Source: a virus
Taxonomy: Duplodnaviria > Caudoviricetes
IMG/VR virus record: IMGVR_UViG_3300034120_000898
Span: 1 to 58,885 of that record
Reading direction: 5' to 3' (one strand)
DNA: 58,885 nucleotides
The translations under genes and the position numbers were made by a program. How positions within the stretch are numbered: the first letter of the stretch is position 1; the number at the start of each line of letters is the position of its first letter. This document shows, one piece after another, positions 21,110 through 31,390 of the stretch. The notes below the pieces were generated by a model. That model did not search any database. It was not told the DNA's origin and was given only the letters and a program-made list of their open reading frames with translations.

Positions 21110-24100
21110 ATGGCAGTTTATATTTCAAATCAAACAGGAAATTGGAGCGCAGCTTCTACATGGCTAACTGCTGCTAATGGTACTTTAAGCCCTACTGCTC
21201 CTGCTGGTTCACCACCACAATCTGGAGGTGGTGATAAATTTTTTATCAGAGGTGGTCATGTAATAACTTATGATGTTATTGGAGAATTTGGTGACGGTAC
21301 AAATAACGGTACTGCGAATTCTCTTCCTGCAATTTCTGCAAATGCAATAGTATTAAGTGGTGGGGAATTAAAATGTAGTAGAACCGTAAATACTGAGTTA
21401 TCAGCTTATGGTAATATAATGATTGCTAATAGCGGAGTTTGGAATTGGGGGACTGCAAGCGATCCTGTAACCGCAGTAACATCACTAATAACATTAAATG
21501 CATATCGAACTTCTGCTGTTGGTGGGTTTCCCGTAATAGGAAGAGCTGGGATATCTTTTTATAGTTATGGATATAATGCAACATCTCCTGCATATACTAG
21601 CTTTTATACATATGGAAAAGAAAAAACCGTAAATGCATATTTAACTTTATCGGGATTAAGCGGTTCGAATTCAATAACAGTAAACGATTCAAACGGATGG
21701 CAAATAGGAGATAAATTAGTAATTGAAACCGAAGCGGTATCGGCAATTGCCACAAGAACTTTATCTGCTACGTTTATAACAGGCATTGCAGGTACTACTA
21801 TTAGTATTAATCCAACTTTAAACGAAAACAAATCTGCACTTAGAAAAGTATGTAACTTTAGTAATACAATAACGTATACTTCCAAGTTTATAGATCAACC
21901 ATCATATGGATTGTATCTACTTGCTAGTACGAAATCAAATATACAAATTCAAAATTGTAGTTTTAATGAAGTTGGTTGTACCGCTTGGTCACAATTAAGT
22001 TCTGCTGCTGCATATGTAAATCCTAATTCAACTATTAGCATGAATATAGGAAATTATGATAATAATGCAGTTGCTGTTAGAAATATTTCTCTGTATAGTA
22101 GTTATGTTGGAACTGGTGCTCTCCCAAATTCAATTGCTTTTAATGGAGCTTTACCAGAATTTTCAACACTAGAAAATATAGGAATTTATAATCCAGCCGC
22201 GAATTCTGTAGGAATTCAATTGAATAGTTTAATTAATTGTAATGTAAATAATGTTGTAGTTATTAGAGCTGCTTACGGAATAAATCCTTCAACAGGATTT
22301 CCAAATAAAGTAAATGTTAATAATTCTTATTTTTGTAATAGTATAGCTCCTATAGGCCCAGCCACAAACGGTCTTATATTTAATGTAAATAATTCTACTT
22401 TAAAATCTGGTCAAGCTATTGTATTCCTTGATGGTCTACAAAATTTTAATATTAATAACTGTACATTGCAGTTTGCTACAACTTACGGAATTACAAGACC
22501 AAACAGAAATGCTGCTGGTGTTTTAAAATATAACAATTGTAACATTATTCAACCTAGTGGCATTATTGGAAGAGATCCTACGGGAACTAGTTTAACAAAT
22601 AAAACTAATTACGATTGCTCTGTAAATGTTATAAATTTATCAGGAAATGTTTTTGATAATAGAAGATTTAATTATTATTATTATTCTATATCTGATTTAA
22701 CTAAACGTAAAAATGGTATAAACTCATGGAGATTTAAACCAGAAAATGCTAATACTTTGTTAAAATCAATTGATACAATCCCAGCAACTGTTGGTATCAC
22801 ACAAAAACTTAAAGGAAATATCCAATTTGATAGTAATTATGGAACTTCTTATCCCCCATCAATTTCTTTTGTTGGTGCTGGTGTTAATCAAACCTTTACA
22901 TGCGGTCCAACAGCTAATATTTGGCAAACTTTTGAATTAGATTTAACTCCTACTGAAACTGGTGAAATCGATATTACCTTAACAGGACAAAGCACTTTGA
23001 CTTCAGGTTATATTTGGTTAGATGGATTAAATATAGAACCTTTTGTTAAAACAGTTAAATGGTATGGATATGAATTTGATAATAATATTTTTAGAACTGT
23101 TGACACTTTAACGACACTAACAGAAGCACAAGTATCAGCACTAGGATCTATATCTAATTTAGATCAATTGTATGATGCTGCTAGTTACTGGTCTGTTACT
23201 AATCCTACATTAACTTCGTATGTTGATTTATATACTGCAAATGGAACTGTTCTAGATTTTGGTAATAAGAACATTGTTATCAATAATACAGGAACTGCAT
23301 TAAGTTACGATTCATCTACCAATACAATTACTCTTGATGCTCCTACATTATCAGCAGGAACTAACTTCGATACATTGAAAACTTCTGGTACAGTTACACT
23401 ATCAACTGGAGTAATTTCCAATATTGATATTAATGCACCCATCGTACAAACTATTCCAACTAATTTGACTGGAGTATTTATGTTGAGCGGTACGCTATCT
23501 TATAATACCAATACTCCAATTGAAGTGGAATATACTAATTGTACGATGGTTGGAGTTCAGAATACGGGTACTGCAATTGTAACAATTAAGCGTACAAATT
23601 CAACCGTTACTGAAAGTGATGCGGAAATCACTACATATGCTCCAACATTAATCAATCTAACCCTTCAAGGTGGTTACATCGCACTGTATGATAATACAGG
23701 TGCTCGCCAGTACTTTCAAAACACTGATGGCACTTTGATATTACCTGCAAACGCCACAGGAAATTGGAGCTATAAGATTGCTAGATATGGCTATCAATTA
23801 GTAGCAGGTAGTTTCACAGTAAATCCTGCTGTTGGAGGAACTATTGATATAGCTCCTAGTTATATACCCGATACATTCATTACTCAGAGTAATGTTTCTG
23901 TTGTATCTGGATATACAGACTTAAATGCAACAGATAAGATACATGATTACCTTTCCTACTATCTAACAACATCTACTGGTATTGATTATGGTATATTAGA
24001 TTCGGAATCATTTGGTGTATTGAGTTTCTATGGCAATCTCACCTTGTCGAACTCTGCTACATCGGTTGTAGAATATAATAGCGGATCTAATGCACTAAAA

Positions 24101-24550
24101 TTAAAATCTAGTTCAATAAACGATAGTATTATATTCGTTGTTGCTAGTGCATTTGCTCAAGATGGAGGAAATACTATTGGAGATAACTTAAAAATCAGAG
24201 CAAGTAATATCGACAGTGAATTGTACTTCAATAACGTAGAAAAAATCGTATTCTATCCAACTGAATCAGACAGAGACAACAATACTAATCAGTCATTGAG
24301 TTCTTCTGGTACTATCTACAGATACAAATACGGTTCTACTGTGAATGGAACTACATTTAGTAGTTACATATTCTGTCGTGTTACAGTAGGAGGTGTGACA
24401 TTATTAAATACCACACCTATTGCTCAAGGAAGCACTACAATTGACTTTAGTACTACTGGAAATATCCAAACATTGTTGGCAAATCAAAGGATTATTAATA
24501 CTGGTGTGCAGAAAGCCAGTAAGCTAATTCCACACACCACTAATGTTTAA
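21110..24550 (+). CDS. 1146-aa tail spike-like protein with G8-like region and beta-helix (possible depolymerase/adhesin)
   Basis: 'GNWSAASTW', 'WNWGTASDP...SITVNDSNGWQIGDKLVI'. Asn-rich beta-helix followed by a domain resembling the C-terminus of 586..5739. Confidence 0.6.
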   Translation: MAVYISNQTGNWSAASTWLTAANGTLSPTAPAGSPPQSGGGDKFFIRGGHVITYDVIGEFGDGTNNGTANSLPAISANAIVLSGGELKCSRTVNTELSAYGNIMIANSGVWNWGTASDPVTAVTSLITLNAYRTSAVGGFPVIGRAGISFYSYGYNATSPAYTSFYTYGKEKTVNAYLTLSGLSGSNSITVNDSNGWQIGDKLVIETEAVSAIATRTLSATFITGIAGTTISINPTLNENKSALRKVCNFSNTITYTSKFIDQPSYGLYLLASTKSNIQIQNCSFNEVGCTAWSQLSSAAAYVNPNSTISMNIGNYDNNAVAVRNISLYSSYVGTGALPNSIAFNGALPEFSTLENIGIYNPAANSVGIQLNSLINCNVNNVVVIRAAYGINPSTGFPNKVNVNNSYFCNSIAPIGPATNGLIFNVNNSTLKSGQAIVFLDGLQNFNINNCTLQFATTYGITRPNRNAAGVLKYNNCNIIQPSGIIGRDPTGTSLTNKTNYDCSVNVINLSGNVFDNRRFNYYYYSISDLTKRKNGINSWRFKPENANTLLKSIDTIPATVGITQKLKGNIQFDSNYGTSYPPSISFVGAGVNQTFTCGPTANIWQTFELDLTPTETGEIDITLTGQSTLTSGYIWLDGLNIEPFVKTVKWYGYEFDNNIFRTVDTLTTLTEAQVSALGSISNLDQLYDAASYWSVTNPTLTSYVDLYTANGTVLDFGNKNIVINNTGTALSYDSSTNTITLDAPTLSAGTNFDTLKTSGTVTLSTGVISNIDINAPIVQTIPTNLTGVFMLSGTLSYNTNTPIEVEYTNCTMVGVQNTGTAIVTIKRTNSTVTESDAEITTYAPTLINLTLQGGYIALYDNTGARQYFQNTDGTLILPANATGNWSYKIARYGYQLVAGSFTVNPAVGGTIDIAPSYIPDTFITQSNVSVVSGYTDLNATDKIHDYLSYYLTTSTGIDYGILDSESFGVLSFYGNLTLSNSATSVVEYNSGSNALKLKSSSINDSIIFVVASAFAQDGGNTIGDNLKIRASNIDSELYFNNVEKIVFYPTESDRDNNTNQSLSSSGTIYRYKYGSTVNGTTFSSYIFCRVTVGGVTLLNTTPIAQGSTTIDFSTTGNIQTLLANQRIINTGVQKASKLIPHTTNV

Positions 24551-24834
24551 TCCATAGATTTTGGTTTGTCTATTTTCTCTATGTAACCAGAGCCTTCGTT
24601 ATCTTTGAGCATTTTTTCAAGCCAATACAAAGTTTCTTCATAAAATTTGTTTTGTCTTGATTCTTCGATGCAATTTATATATCGATCTATGATCATATAT
24701 GCAAGTCCTGCTACCCATACAGGACTAATATCATGGGAAGTTACATCTTGAATGGCAGGCATCCAATTACCCTTCTTATCTTTAATACGATGTATTTTAA
24801 AAAGAAGATCGCTATCCGTGTTTTCTAAACTCAT
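24547..24834 (-). CDS. hypothetical protein (95 aa)
   Basis: ORF coupled to the upstream gene by an ATGA overlap. Confidence 0.65.
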   Translation of the reverse strand: MSLENTDSDLLFKIHRIKDKKGNWMPAIQDVTSHDISPVWVAGLAYMIIDRYINCIEESRQNKFYEETLYWLEKMLKDNEGSGYIEKIDKPKSMD

Positions 24835-25106
24835 CGTCTTTTCTTTCCTAGATTTTTCTTAGAACAAGCGCAATTTTCGTAAATTTTACATTTTACACAT
24901 GAATCATCATTGTCTAAATAAATGTTTGGAAACAAACAAGAATCTTTTGTTAATTCTTGTACTTCGTTTACATCTTTTTGTAAGTTGACCAACTTTGGTG
25001 CGTATTTAAAAACATATTCCTTACCAGCACTCATCAGATTCTGTAGTTGAATGCTTTTATCCGTCACATATTTGCCTCTTTTACGAGGCTTTTCTTCATT
25101 ATCCAT
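24831..25106 (-). CDS. small basic Cys-rich protein (possible Zn-binding)
   Basis: C-x12-CxxC-x5-CxC pattern; basic termini. Confidence 0.6.
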   Translation of the reverse strand: MDNEEKPRKRGKYVTDKSIQLQNLMSAGKEYVFKYAPKLVNLQKDVNEVQELTKDSCLFPNIYLDNDDSCVKCKIYENCACSKKNLGKKRR

Positions 25107-25392
25107 AATTTTCTACTAATAAGATCTCAAGCATTTTATAATGCTCATACGCCTTTTTAAGAGATTCGTACTTTTCTAAGTGTACTGGATTTGGCACTAA
25201 AATAGCAAGTCTTTTTTCTATGGTAGATAATCTTTTCTCTAATTCTTCTTTAGTTACAAAAGAAACGGCTGATCCGTTACTATTATTAGTAATATGATGG
25301 ATTAAATTACCTGAGTTAATTCCTATCGTATTATTAGTTGTATTTAAGGCTAAAGTTCCAATAGGAGTAGTACTTAATATATGATTACTCAT
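25099..25392 (-). CDS. hypothetical phage protein with a C-terminal helical motif
   Basis: 'LSTIEKRLAILVPNP...LKKAYEHYKMLE'; overlaps its neighbours in an operon-like way. Confidence 0.6.
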   Translation of the reverse strand: MSNHILSTTPIGTLALNTTNNTIGINSGNLIHHITNNSNGSAVSFVTKEELEKRLSTIEKRLAILVPNPVHLEKYESLKKAYEHYKMLEILLVENYG

Positions 25393-25885
25393 TCTCTTCT
25401 GAGTTTTTTCTTGCCTTGCTTCTTTTTTCTTTTTTATTTCCTATGGATTCTAGATACTCATCATATTCTTCGAAATCATCCAAGACGTTTTGTGGAGAAG
25501 GAACAATTAGATTGAAATAATCGTCTTCTGTAGGCAAGACAGTACTAAAGTTGTTAAACTGATCAATACCTTCTATTAACGAATCTACAATAGAAGGATC
25601 ATCCCAACATTTTTCATAAAAATCAAAACCCTTTGATACTACTTCAAAGGCTGCATAGAGATATGAGTTTTTTTTATCAGAAAAAACATTTCTATATAAC
25701 GAGAAAGCTAATTCATCTCCTATATCTTTGTATTTCTCTGCTGTTGATGGAGTTAGTTGTTTGAGAATCTTGCCTCTGACTGTTGAGGCATCTTCAGTTT
25801 TACTATCAAAAGATAGTGTTTCGATAAAAATCCAAAAATTTTGGATTGATTCTTTTCCGTATTTGTTAATGATGTCTTGCTGCAT
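25385..25885 (-). CDS. DUF4240-like protein
   Basis: 'FWIFIE...LKQLTP...DEL...VVSKGFDFYEKCWDDP' resembles the DUF4240 pattern (by eye). Confidence 0.45.
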   Translation of the reverse strand: MQQDIINKYGKESIQNFWIFIETLSFDSKTEDASTVRGKILKQLTPSTAEKYKDIGDELAFSLYRNVFSDKKNSYLYAAFEVVSKGFDFYEKCWDDPSIVDSLIEGIDQFNNFSTVLPTEDDYFNLIVPSPQNVLDDFEEYDEYLESIGNKKEKRSKARKNSEENE

Positions 25886-25943
25886 TGGATAATAAATATG
25901 TGTTATTCATTTCTTAAGTATATTAACACTTATTTATTAATTT

Positions 25944-26648
25944 TCAACTGTCTTTTTTTAATTTATCATTAAAAAGATCAACAACTGAAGACTTCATATA
26001 TATACATGGAATATCTTGCCAGAAGGTTTTATCATTAAACTCTCTTAGATAGAAGATCTTCAATCCTCCACACTTTTTACCAGTCAACAATTCATACATA
26101 TAAGCATAAATTGATAATTGTATGGTGTAAATGGTAAATTCACACTGAGGAAGGTAGTCAATAGGTTCGTAAAAGTAGTCGTTATACTTACTAACGAAGT
26201 TGAATTTCTTATTCGTCTTGAAATCCATCACATAAAACGTGTTATCGTTCTCTACAATAAGGTCTGCTGTTCCTGCTAGCTTATGTGGATGAGAGTAAAG
26301 AAGGTGTTCGCTGAGTGTAAGCGAATTATCTTTGAGAATTCCATTGGTTTTTTTGATAAAAGAATCAATAAGCTCTTCATATCCAGAAGCCACCTTTTTA
26401 TCTTTGATAAATTCTTCCATAATCAAGTGAACATTAGTTCCTCGATTCTGAGCAGTAATAGTAATATTACTCCAGCGATTAAGAATCTCTTTCTGAGAGA
26501 CACCTTCACGCTTTGCAATTACATTACTCCATTTATCTTTATCAAAAGGTTTTTTATACGAACCAATAAAAGTAGTTACCGAGGTATATACTTCCCCAGT
26601 TTCGGTGTTTGTGTATGTGTGGGTATCGTGATCTAGAATTACAGACAT
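25944..26648 (-). CDS. PD-(D/E)XK exonuclease (Cas4/RecB-like phage nuclease)
   Basis: 'SVTTFI', 'RGTNVH..ME', 'E...AGTADLI....VMDFKT', 'Y.IQLSIYAYM'. Confidence 0.85.
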   Translation of the reverse strand: MSVILDHDTHTYTNTETGEVYTSVTTFIGSYKKPFDKDKWSNVIAKREGVSQKEILNRWSNITITAQNRGTNVHLIMEEFIKDKKVASGYEELIDSFIKKTNGILKDNSLTLSEHLLYSHPHKLAGTADLIVENDNTFYVMDFKTNKKFNFVSKYNDYFYEPIDYLPQCEFTIYTIQLSIYAYMYELLTGKKCGGLKIFYLREFNDKTFWQDIPCIYMKSSVVDLFNDKLKKDS

Positions 26649-26654
26649 TTTTTG

Positions 26655-26682
26655 ATAATATCACAAAAAAAATTTATAGCAA
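26655..26682 (-). promoter_or_regulatory. sigma70-like early promoter
   Basis: TTGCTA-N16-TATTAT with TGn extended -10, ending 6 nt before ATG(26648). Confidence 0.5.
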
Positions 26683-26687
26683 CAATT

Positions 26688-28433
26688 TTATCGTCCAATT
26701 GCTGTATAAGATATTATTGTTCCGATAGTTCCACCATTAGTAGAAAAACCATTTACAGTTTTTCCAGTAATCCAAGGAGGTGATCCAGTTTGTTGTCTAT
26801 CTTCGGATATAACTACTTGGTATACAGCATTAGTAAATACTTTAGGAAATGTTATTGTAGTAGCTCCTGATATCATTGCTTGCCCCCATTGCATTAATAC
26901 TCCACTTGGAAACTGCTGCCATCCAATAGCTGATAAAGAGGCTGCCATTGGTTTAGGTTGCCATTCTCCATATGTTTTGTCCCAAGTTAATACTGATCCA
27001 TCATCAATAGGCGTTAATGGTTTTGGTATATAATCTCCCGTAGGGACTACTATACCATTAACAGTTTGTTTGGCTTTTATACATGCCATTAATGCTACGT
27101 TACGGGGACGGGTTACTCCCCATCCTCCTTCACTAGTAACCGAACCCACACCAGGTGATGCTACACTACCAATATCTCTAGCTTCCGTGCCAGTATAATC
27201 ACTTAGATTTGTTATTGCATCATATCCCATGTTTGTTAATGCGGAACTAGAATTATCTACACCTAATCCTCTAGTAACGACATCAGTTCCGCAATCAAAT
27301 ACCATAACAGAACCTTTTTGATTACTACCAAAAACACGACCAGTATCTACACCTCTTCCATTATCCCAACCACGAACAAACTCTCCACGCAAATCTGGTA
27401 ATCTAAATTGATTTGCTAACTCACCACCTGTATTATAAGTTCCAGATATAGATAGATATAACTGTGTATAATCTGATTTATTCTTAACACTACCATCACA
27501 TTCTAAATATCCAGCAGGTGCAGTAGATAAAGCAAACCATGATATACTACCTATTGGAACTGAATCAAAATATTGACCATCAACATCTACTACTCCTGTA
27601 TTCGAATTAATATTCAATCCATTTCCAATTACAATTCCACCTAAAGTAGAATCTGTAGCTATTCTTACATTAGTCACCCCCTCTGGATTGGCACTTAATC
27701 CTGTTCCTATTCTTATAGATCCTATTTTTGATACAGATGCTATTTTATCTGCCGCATAAATGGTGTTATCAACATTATTTAATTTTATTGAATCTTCATC
27801 TATGTTAACATTTATGAATCCTGCATCTACGTTTATACCTCCTTTGCTACTATTTTTAAGAATACGAACTATCCCATGATTACTATATGATGCGTTTGTT
27901 GTTGTCCCACCACCACCTCCACCTCCACCTATAACTGTTAATTTATTTGATACTATGCTTAATGTAGTGGGATCATAATCAACAGATATTACTCCATTCA
28001 CCGCATTCAATCCATCTCCTACAATAACCCCACCTTTTGTAGTTTTTGTAGCATCAGGAAGTACAAATGTTCCACCCCCTCCTGTACTAGTCATACTATT
28101 CACTAGTTTTCTTCCACCAACTAATACATAATTATCTTCCATCAGATATCTATCACCAGTAAGAATATAAAATGCGCTAGTATCTGTTCTATATACACAA
28201 TCGTTTATTTGTATGTTTGGTAATTTTTGAAAACTATCTACAAACCATACTTTATTTCCTGCTAATATTCCACCCACACTAATATTATCCCCAACAAATA
28301 ATCTTTTCTTATCTGTAGACCATACAAGCTCCCCATCTTCGTATATTTGAGTCATTCTATCTGACTCTGGACCTCTCCGAACACGAATAATAGCTTTTAC
28401 TGGATCTGCTAATTGAAATGGATTACTAGGCAT
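26688..28433 (-). CDS. tail fibre: Mtd_N-like anchor, AT.T..G.V.. repeats, tail-collar domain, gp53-like C-terminus
   Basis: 'IRVRRG...GELVWSTDKKRLFVGD'; collar 'VPIGSISWFA...GYLECDG...FRLPDLRGEFVRGWDNGRGVD'; 'WQQFPSGVLMQWG...ITFPKVF'. Confidence 0.85.
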   Translation of the reverse strand: MPSNPFQLADPVKAIIRVRRGPESDRMTQIYEDGELVWSTDKKRLFVGDNISVGGILAGNKVWFVDSFQKLPNIQINDCVYRTDTSAFYILTGDRYLMEDNYVLVGGRKLVNSMTSTGGGGTFVLPDATKTTKGGVIVGDGLNAVNGVISVDYDPTTLSIVSNKLTVIGGGGGGGGTTTNASYSNHGIVRILKNSSKGGINVDAGFINVNIDEDSIKLNNVDNTIYAADKIASVSKIGSIRIGTGLSANPEGVTNVRIATDSTLGGIVIGNGLNINSNTGVVDVDGQYFDSVPIGSISWFALSTAPAGYLECDGSVKNKSDYTQLYLSISGTYNTGGELANQFRLPDLRGEFVRGWDNGRGVDTGRVFGSNQKGSVMVFDCGTDVVTRGLGVDNSSSALTNMGYDAITNLSDYTGTEARDIGSVASPGVGSVTSEGGWGVTRPRNVALMACIKAKQTVNGIVVPTGDYIPKPLTPIDDGSVLTWDKTYGEWQPKPMAASLSAIGWQQFPSGVLMQWGQAMISGATTITFPKVFTNAVYQVVISEDRQQTGSPPWITGKTVNGFSTNGGTIGTIISYTAIGR

Positions 28434-28438
28434 AATAA

Positions 28439-28444
28439 TATTTA
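28439..28444 (-). promoter_or_regulatory. late promoter core TAAATA overlapping the upstream stop
   Basis: TAAATA-N5-ATG(28433). Confidence 0.7.
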
Positions 28445-30340
28445 ACTAAAGTTTGCATTGAAAGTAGTTGGTCTACCTACTAAAGTGCCAGCACTTCCTC
28501 CAGCCCCGCCATCATCATAATAATAATTAAAATTAAATAACCCTCCACCTAGATTTTGATTCCATCCAGCCATAAACAAAGTTTTATCCTCTGTTACAGC
28601 TTTTAATGCCATTTCCGTGCCGTATCCACACAAATCAGCTTGATATACTTTTAAAATATTATTAAAAGTATAAGTATCTGTTCTATTGTCTGTTGCTTTA
28701 TTTGATAAAATTAATGTCTTAGTAAGCGGATCTACAACCAATACTTTTGTACCAGTTGGTATGCCTATACCTGTTACTGTCATTTGTTTGTTAATATAAA
28801 CATTTTCAGCTTTTGGTCCTGTTGGAGAAGGACCAGTTTTAGGAGAAAATATACTACTCATAACCATTCTGTCACTTCCAGCCGTTATAGTTCCAGTGAT
28901 AAGCAATGGATATCTGTCTGGATCTTGTACTAATGGTGGATCTTCTCCAAAATATTCATTCCTAGTAAATGTTGTAATTGGACCTTTTATTGGAACTCCT
29001 CCAATAGTTGCTCCTAATGCATAAGTTTCATTAAAACCAGCAGCATATAATGATCCGTCTTCATAAACAACTATAAATGCGCCATTTATCATTCCGTACA
29101 TACCACCTCCATGTATCATCCTAATTTTCTTTTTAGGTATAACAGCTTTTGTTGGAGAAAATGTATCCGTAGTGTTTCCTAGTCCTAATTGACCCCATTG
29201 ATTATTTCCCCAAGAATAAACTTCATCATCTGTAGTTGTTACTAACACTGAAGTTCCTCCCGCAGTTGTACAAATAGATGAAGCTTTTGTTAAACTAGTT
29301 TTTGTAGCTCGTATTCTAGTGTCTGATGATGTTAATCCCAAACCTAATTGACCAAACTTATTACTTCCGCATGTATAAACAAATCCATCACTTGTTAAAA
29401 AATAAGTACTCATATACGATGAAGAACCACCACCACTCCAAGTGGAACCTCCAATTACCGCTCCACCAATAAGTACCCAATTAGTCACCACAATATCTAT
29501 TACATTTGTTAATGGAGTTCCGTCTTCTTTACATACAGTTCTCCATTCATATATAATTCCATCAGTTGAATTAACTCCCAAACTTCCATGAGCATTATTT
29601 CCACATGCACTAACTAATCCTCCTTCTCTCAAAACAAAAGATCTACTATATGTAGTAACATTCCCACCAGGCCAAGAACCTGAATCAAGTGGTGATGTCG
29701 AAAATACTTTTAATGCATCGTTTATACCTAAGTAATTTGAATCCGTGCCAACATCTTTATCTAATAATTTTTGTGATCCATTAGCAAATCCAAATCCATA
29801 ATCTATTTTTGGGCCTAATCCATATAATTTTTTATTTCCTTTTACATATAATAAATAAGATTTTCCACTAATACAAAAATCAATAACATTTTTAGCAACC
29901 AAACAAAATTGTTTAGCTGCTTTAGCTGCTGATGCTGCGGAAGATTTATTTAACATGTATGTAGAATTGCTACCTGTTCCATACAATTCTCCATCAAAAG
30001 TCAAAAAGAAACTATTCATTGGATCTGCCCCACCAGATGAATATAGTCTAACTATAGTTTTTTTTACGCTATCCCATGTTATTAAACAAGTTGATGGCAC
30101 ATTACTATTTAATACTGAAGGAGCAACAGCACCATATCCAGTGCCTCCCCATGACATTATATTATTCTTATTTGCATTTATAATTAAACTAAAATGGTTT
30201 AATACCATTTGAGCTAAATCTAAACTGCTTTTTAAGTCTCTAGGTTTACAAGGAGGTTTAAGACAACAGCCGAAAGGATCTGTACAGTCATCTGGTCCAT
30301 CAAAAGGAGTATTTCTTCTATAAATCGGTGTTCCGTACAT
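28442..30340 (-). CDS. RCC1/BLIP-II-like beta-propeller tail protein with a Cys-rich N-terminus
   Basis: 'VYTCGSNKFGQLGLG', 'VYSWGNNQWGQLGLG', 'ACGNNAHGSLG'. Confidence 0.8.
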   Translation of the reverse strand: MYGTPIYRRNTPFDGPDDCTDPFGCCLKPPCKPRDLKSSLDLAQMVLNHFSLIINANKNNIMSWGGTGYGAVAPSVLNSNVPSTCLITWDSVKKTIVRLYSSGGADPMNSFFLTFDGELYGTGSNSTYMLNKSSAASAAKAAKQFCLVAKNVIDFCISGKSYLLYVKGNKKLYGLGPKIDYGFGFANGSQKLLDKDVGTDSNYLGINDALKVFSTSPLDSGSWPGGNVTTYSRSFVLREGGLVSACGNNAHGSLGVNSTDGIIYEWRTVCKEDGTPLTNVIDIVVTNWVLIGGAVIGGSTWSGGGSSSYMSTYFLTSDGFVYTCGSNKFGQLGLGLTSSDTRIRATKTSLTKASSICTTAGGTSVLVTTTDDEVYSWGNNQWGQLGLGNTTDTFSPTKAVIPKKKIRMIHGGGMYGMINGAFIVVYEDGSLYAAGFNETYALGATIGGVPIKGPITTFTRNEYFGEDPPLVQDPDRYPLLITGTITAGSDRMVMSSIFSPKTGPSPTGPKAENVYINKQMTVTGIGIPTGTKVLVVDPLTKTLILSNKATDNRTDTYTFNNILKVYQADLCGYGTEMALKAVTEDKTLFMAGWNQNLGGGLFNFNYYYDDGGAGGSAGTLVGRPTTFNANFS

Positions 30341-30341
30341 A

Positions 30342-31301
30342 TTAACTTAAATCTCCTGATATTAAAATTCTTGAAGAATCTATATATACTAAATTACAAA
30401 CTCCATATTTTTTACCTATAGTTCTATAATCATAAACATTTCCTATTGTAACCCCACCAGGCACCGAAGATATAAATGAAATACTAAAATTAGATAAGTT
30501 AACAATTAATGCATTAAATCCCACTGGAAGACCACTAGGTAACCCTATGTATCCTGCATCAGAAGCATCCACACAAACAACACAACCATTATCATTTTGT
30601 GTTAAATTATATTGATACGAATTACTAGCATTTAGCATTGTACTATTTGTTACTTTAACAGAAAAATGTTGTAATAATTTATTATTTAATTCTACATCTC
30701 CTTTAAAATTGGCTGCACTCAAAACACTTAATCCACTATTAATAGTAAGTGGACCCGTCATTGTGTCTCCTGATAAACGCACGAAATTATTTCCTATATC
30801 ATTTTTTAATCCGCTTAATCCTTGGTCTACAGACCATTTTGTAGCGGCATGCATTGCAGCAGTAGGATGTGCATGCAATGTTAAAAACCCAAACATTAAA
30901 TCACCACTTAATCTTACATAACCTAATCCACTATCTTTAAAATATGATGGATTTATACCATATTTTCCGTTTACAAACACCAAAGAAGGATCTACATCTG
31001 GTGTAATTCTTGCATAGTTTTGTATGTTATCTGGCCCTGCATTAGAACTAAGTATATACAATATAGTATTAGCATCATCAAAATATAAATCTCCGTATAT
31101 TCCAGATGGACTTGGAGTTCGATTTCCGTTTATATAATTTAAATTACCTACTAATTTTCCTCCTGTAGTTTCTCCATCACCAATAAAAAGATGACTTATA
31201 TCCGAAGAAAATACTATTTCTCCCCTGTCAAAAGTAATTAATCTTCTTTCGGAATCTGGACCTCTTCTTAATCTAATGATTGCTTCGACTTGATCGGACA
31301 T
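30342..31301 (-). CDS. short tail fibre with Mtd_N-like anchor
   Basis: 'IRLRRG...GEIVFSSDISHLFIGDG'; 'YVRLSGD.M.G.LTL..HPTAAMHAATKW.VD'. Confidence 0.75.
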   Translation of the reverse strand: MSDQVEAIIRLRRGPDSERRLITFDRGEIVFSSDISHLFIGDGETTGGKLVGNLNYINGNRTPSPSGIYGDLYFDDANTILYILSSNAGPDNIQNYARITPDVDPSLVFVNGKYGINPSYFKDSGLGYVRLSGDLMFGFLTLHAHPTAAMHAATKWSVDQGLSGLKNDIGNNFVRLSGDTMTGPLTINSGLSVLSAANFKGDVELNNKLLQHFSVKVTNSTMLNASNSYQYNLTQNDNGCVVCVDASDAGYIGLPSGLPVGFNALIVNLSNFSISFISSVPGGVTIGNVYDYRTIGKKYGVCNLVYIDSSRILISGDLS

Positions 31302-31306
31302 ATTAG

Positions 31307-31312
31307 TATTTA
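31307..31312 (-). promoter_or_regulatory. late promoter core TAAATA
   Basis: TAAATA-N5-ATG(31301). Confidence 0.7.
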
Positions 31313-31390
31313 GTTACAAAATAATTATTTATTATGTATATATTAGTGCCATCTATTGTGGATTGCATTTAGATATTTTTATATCATATA

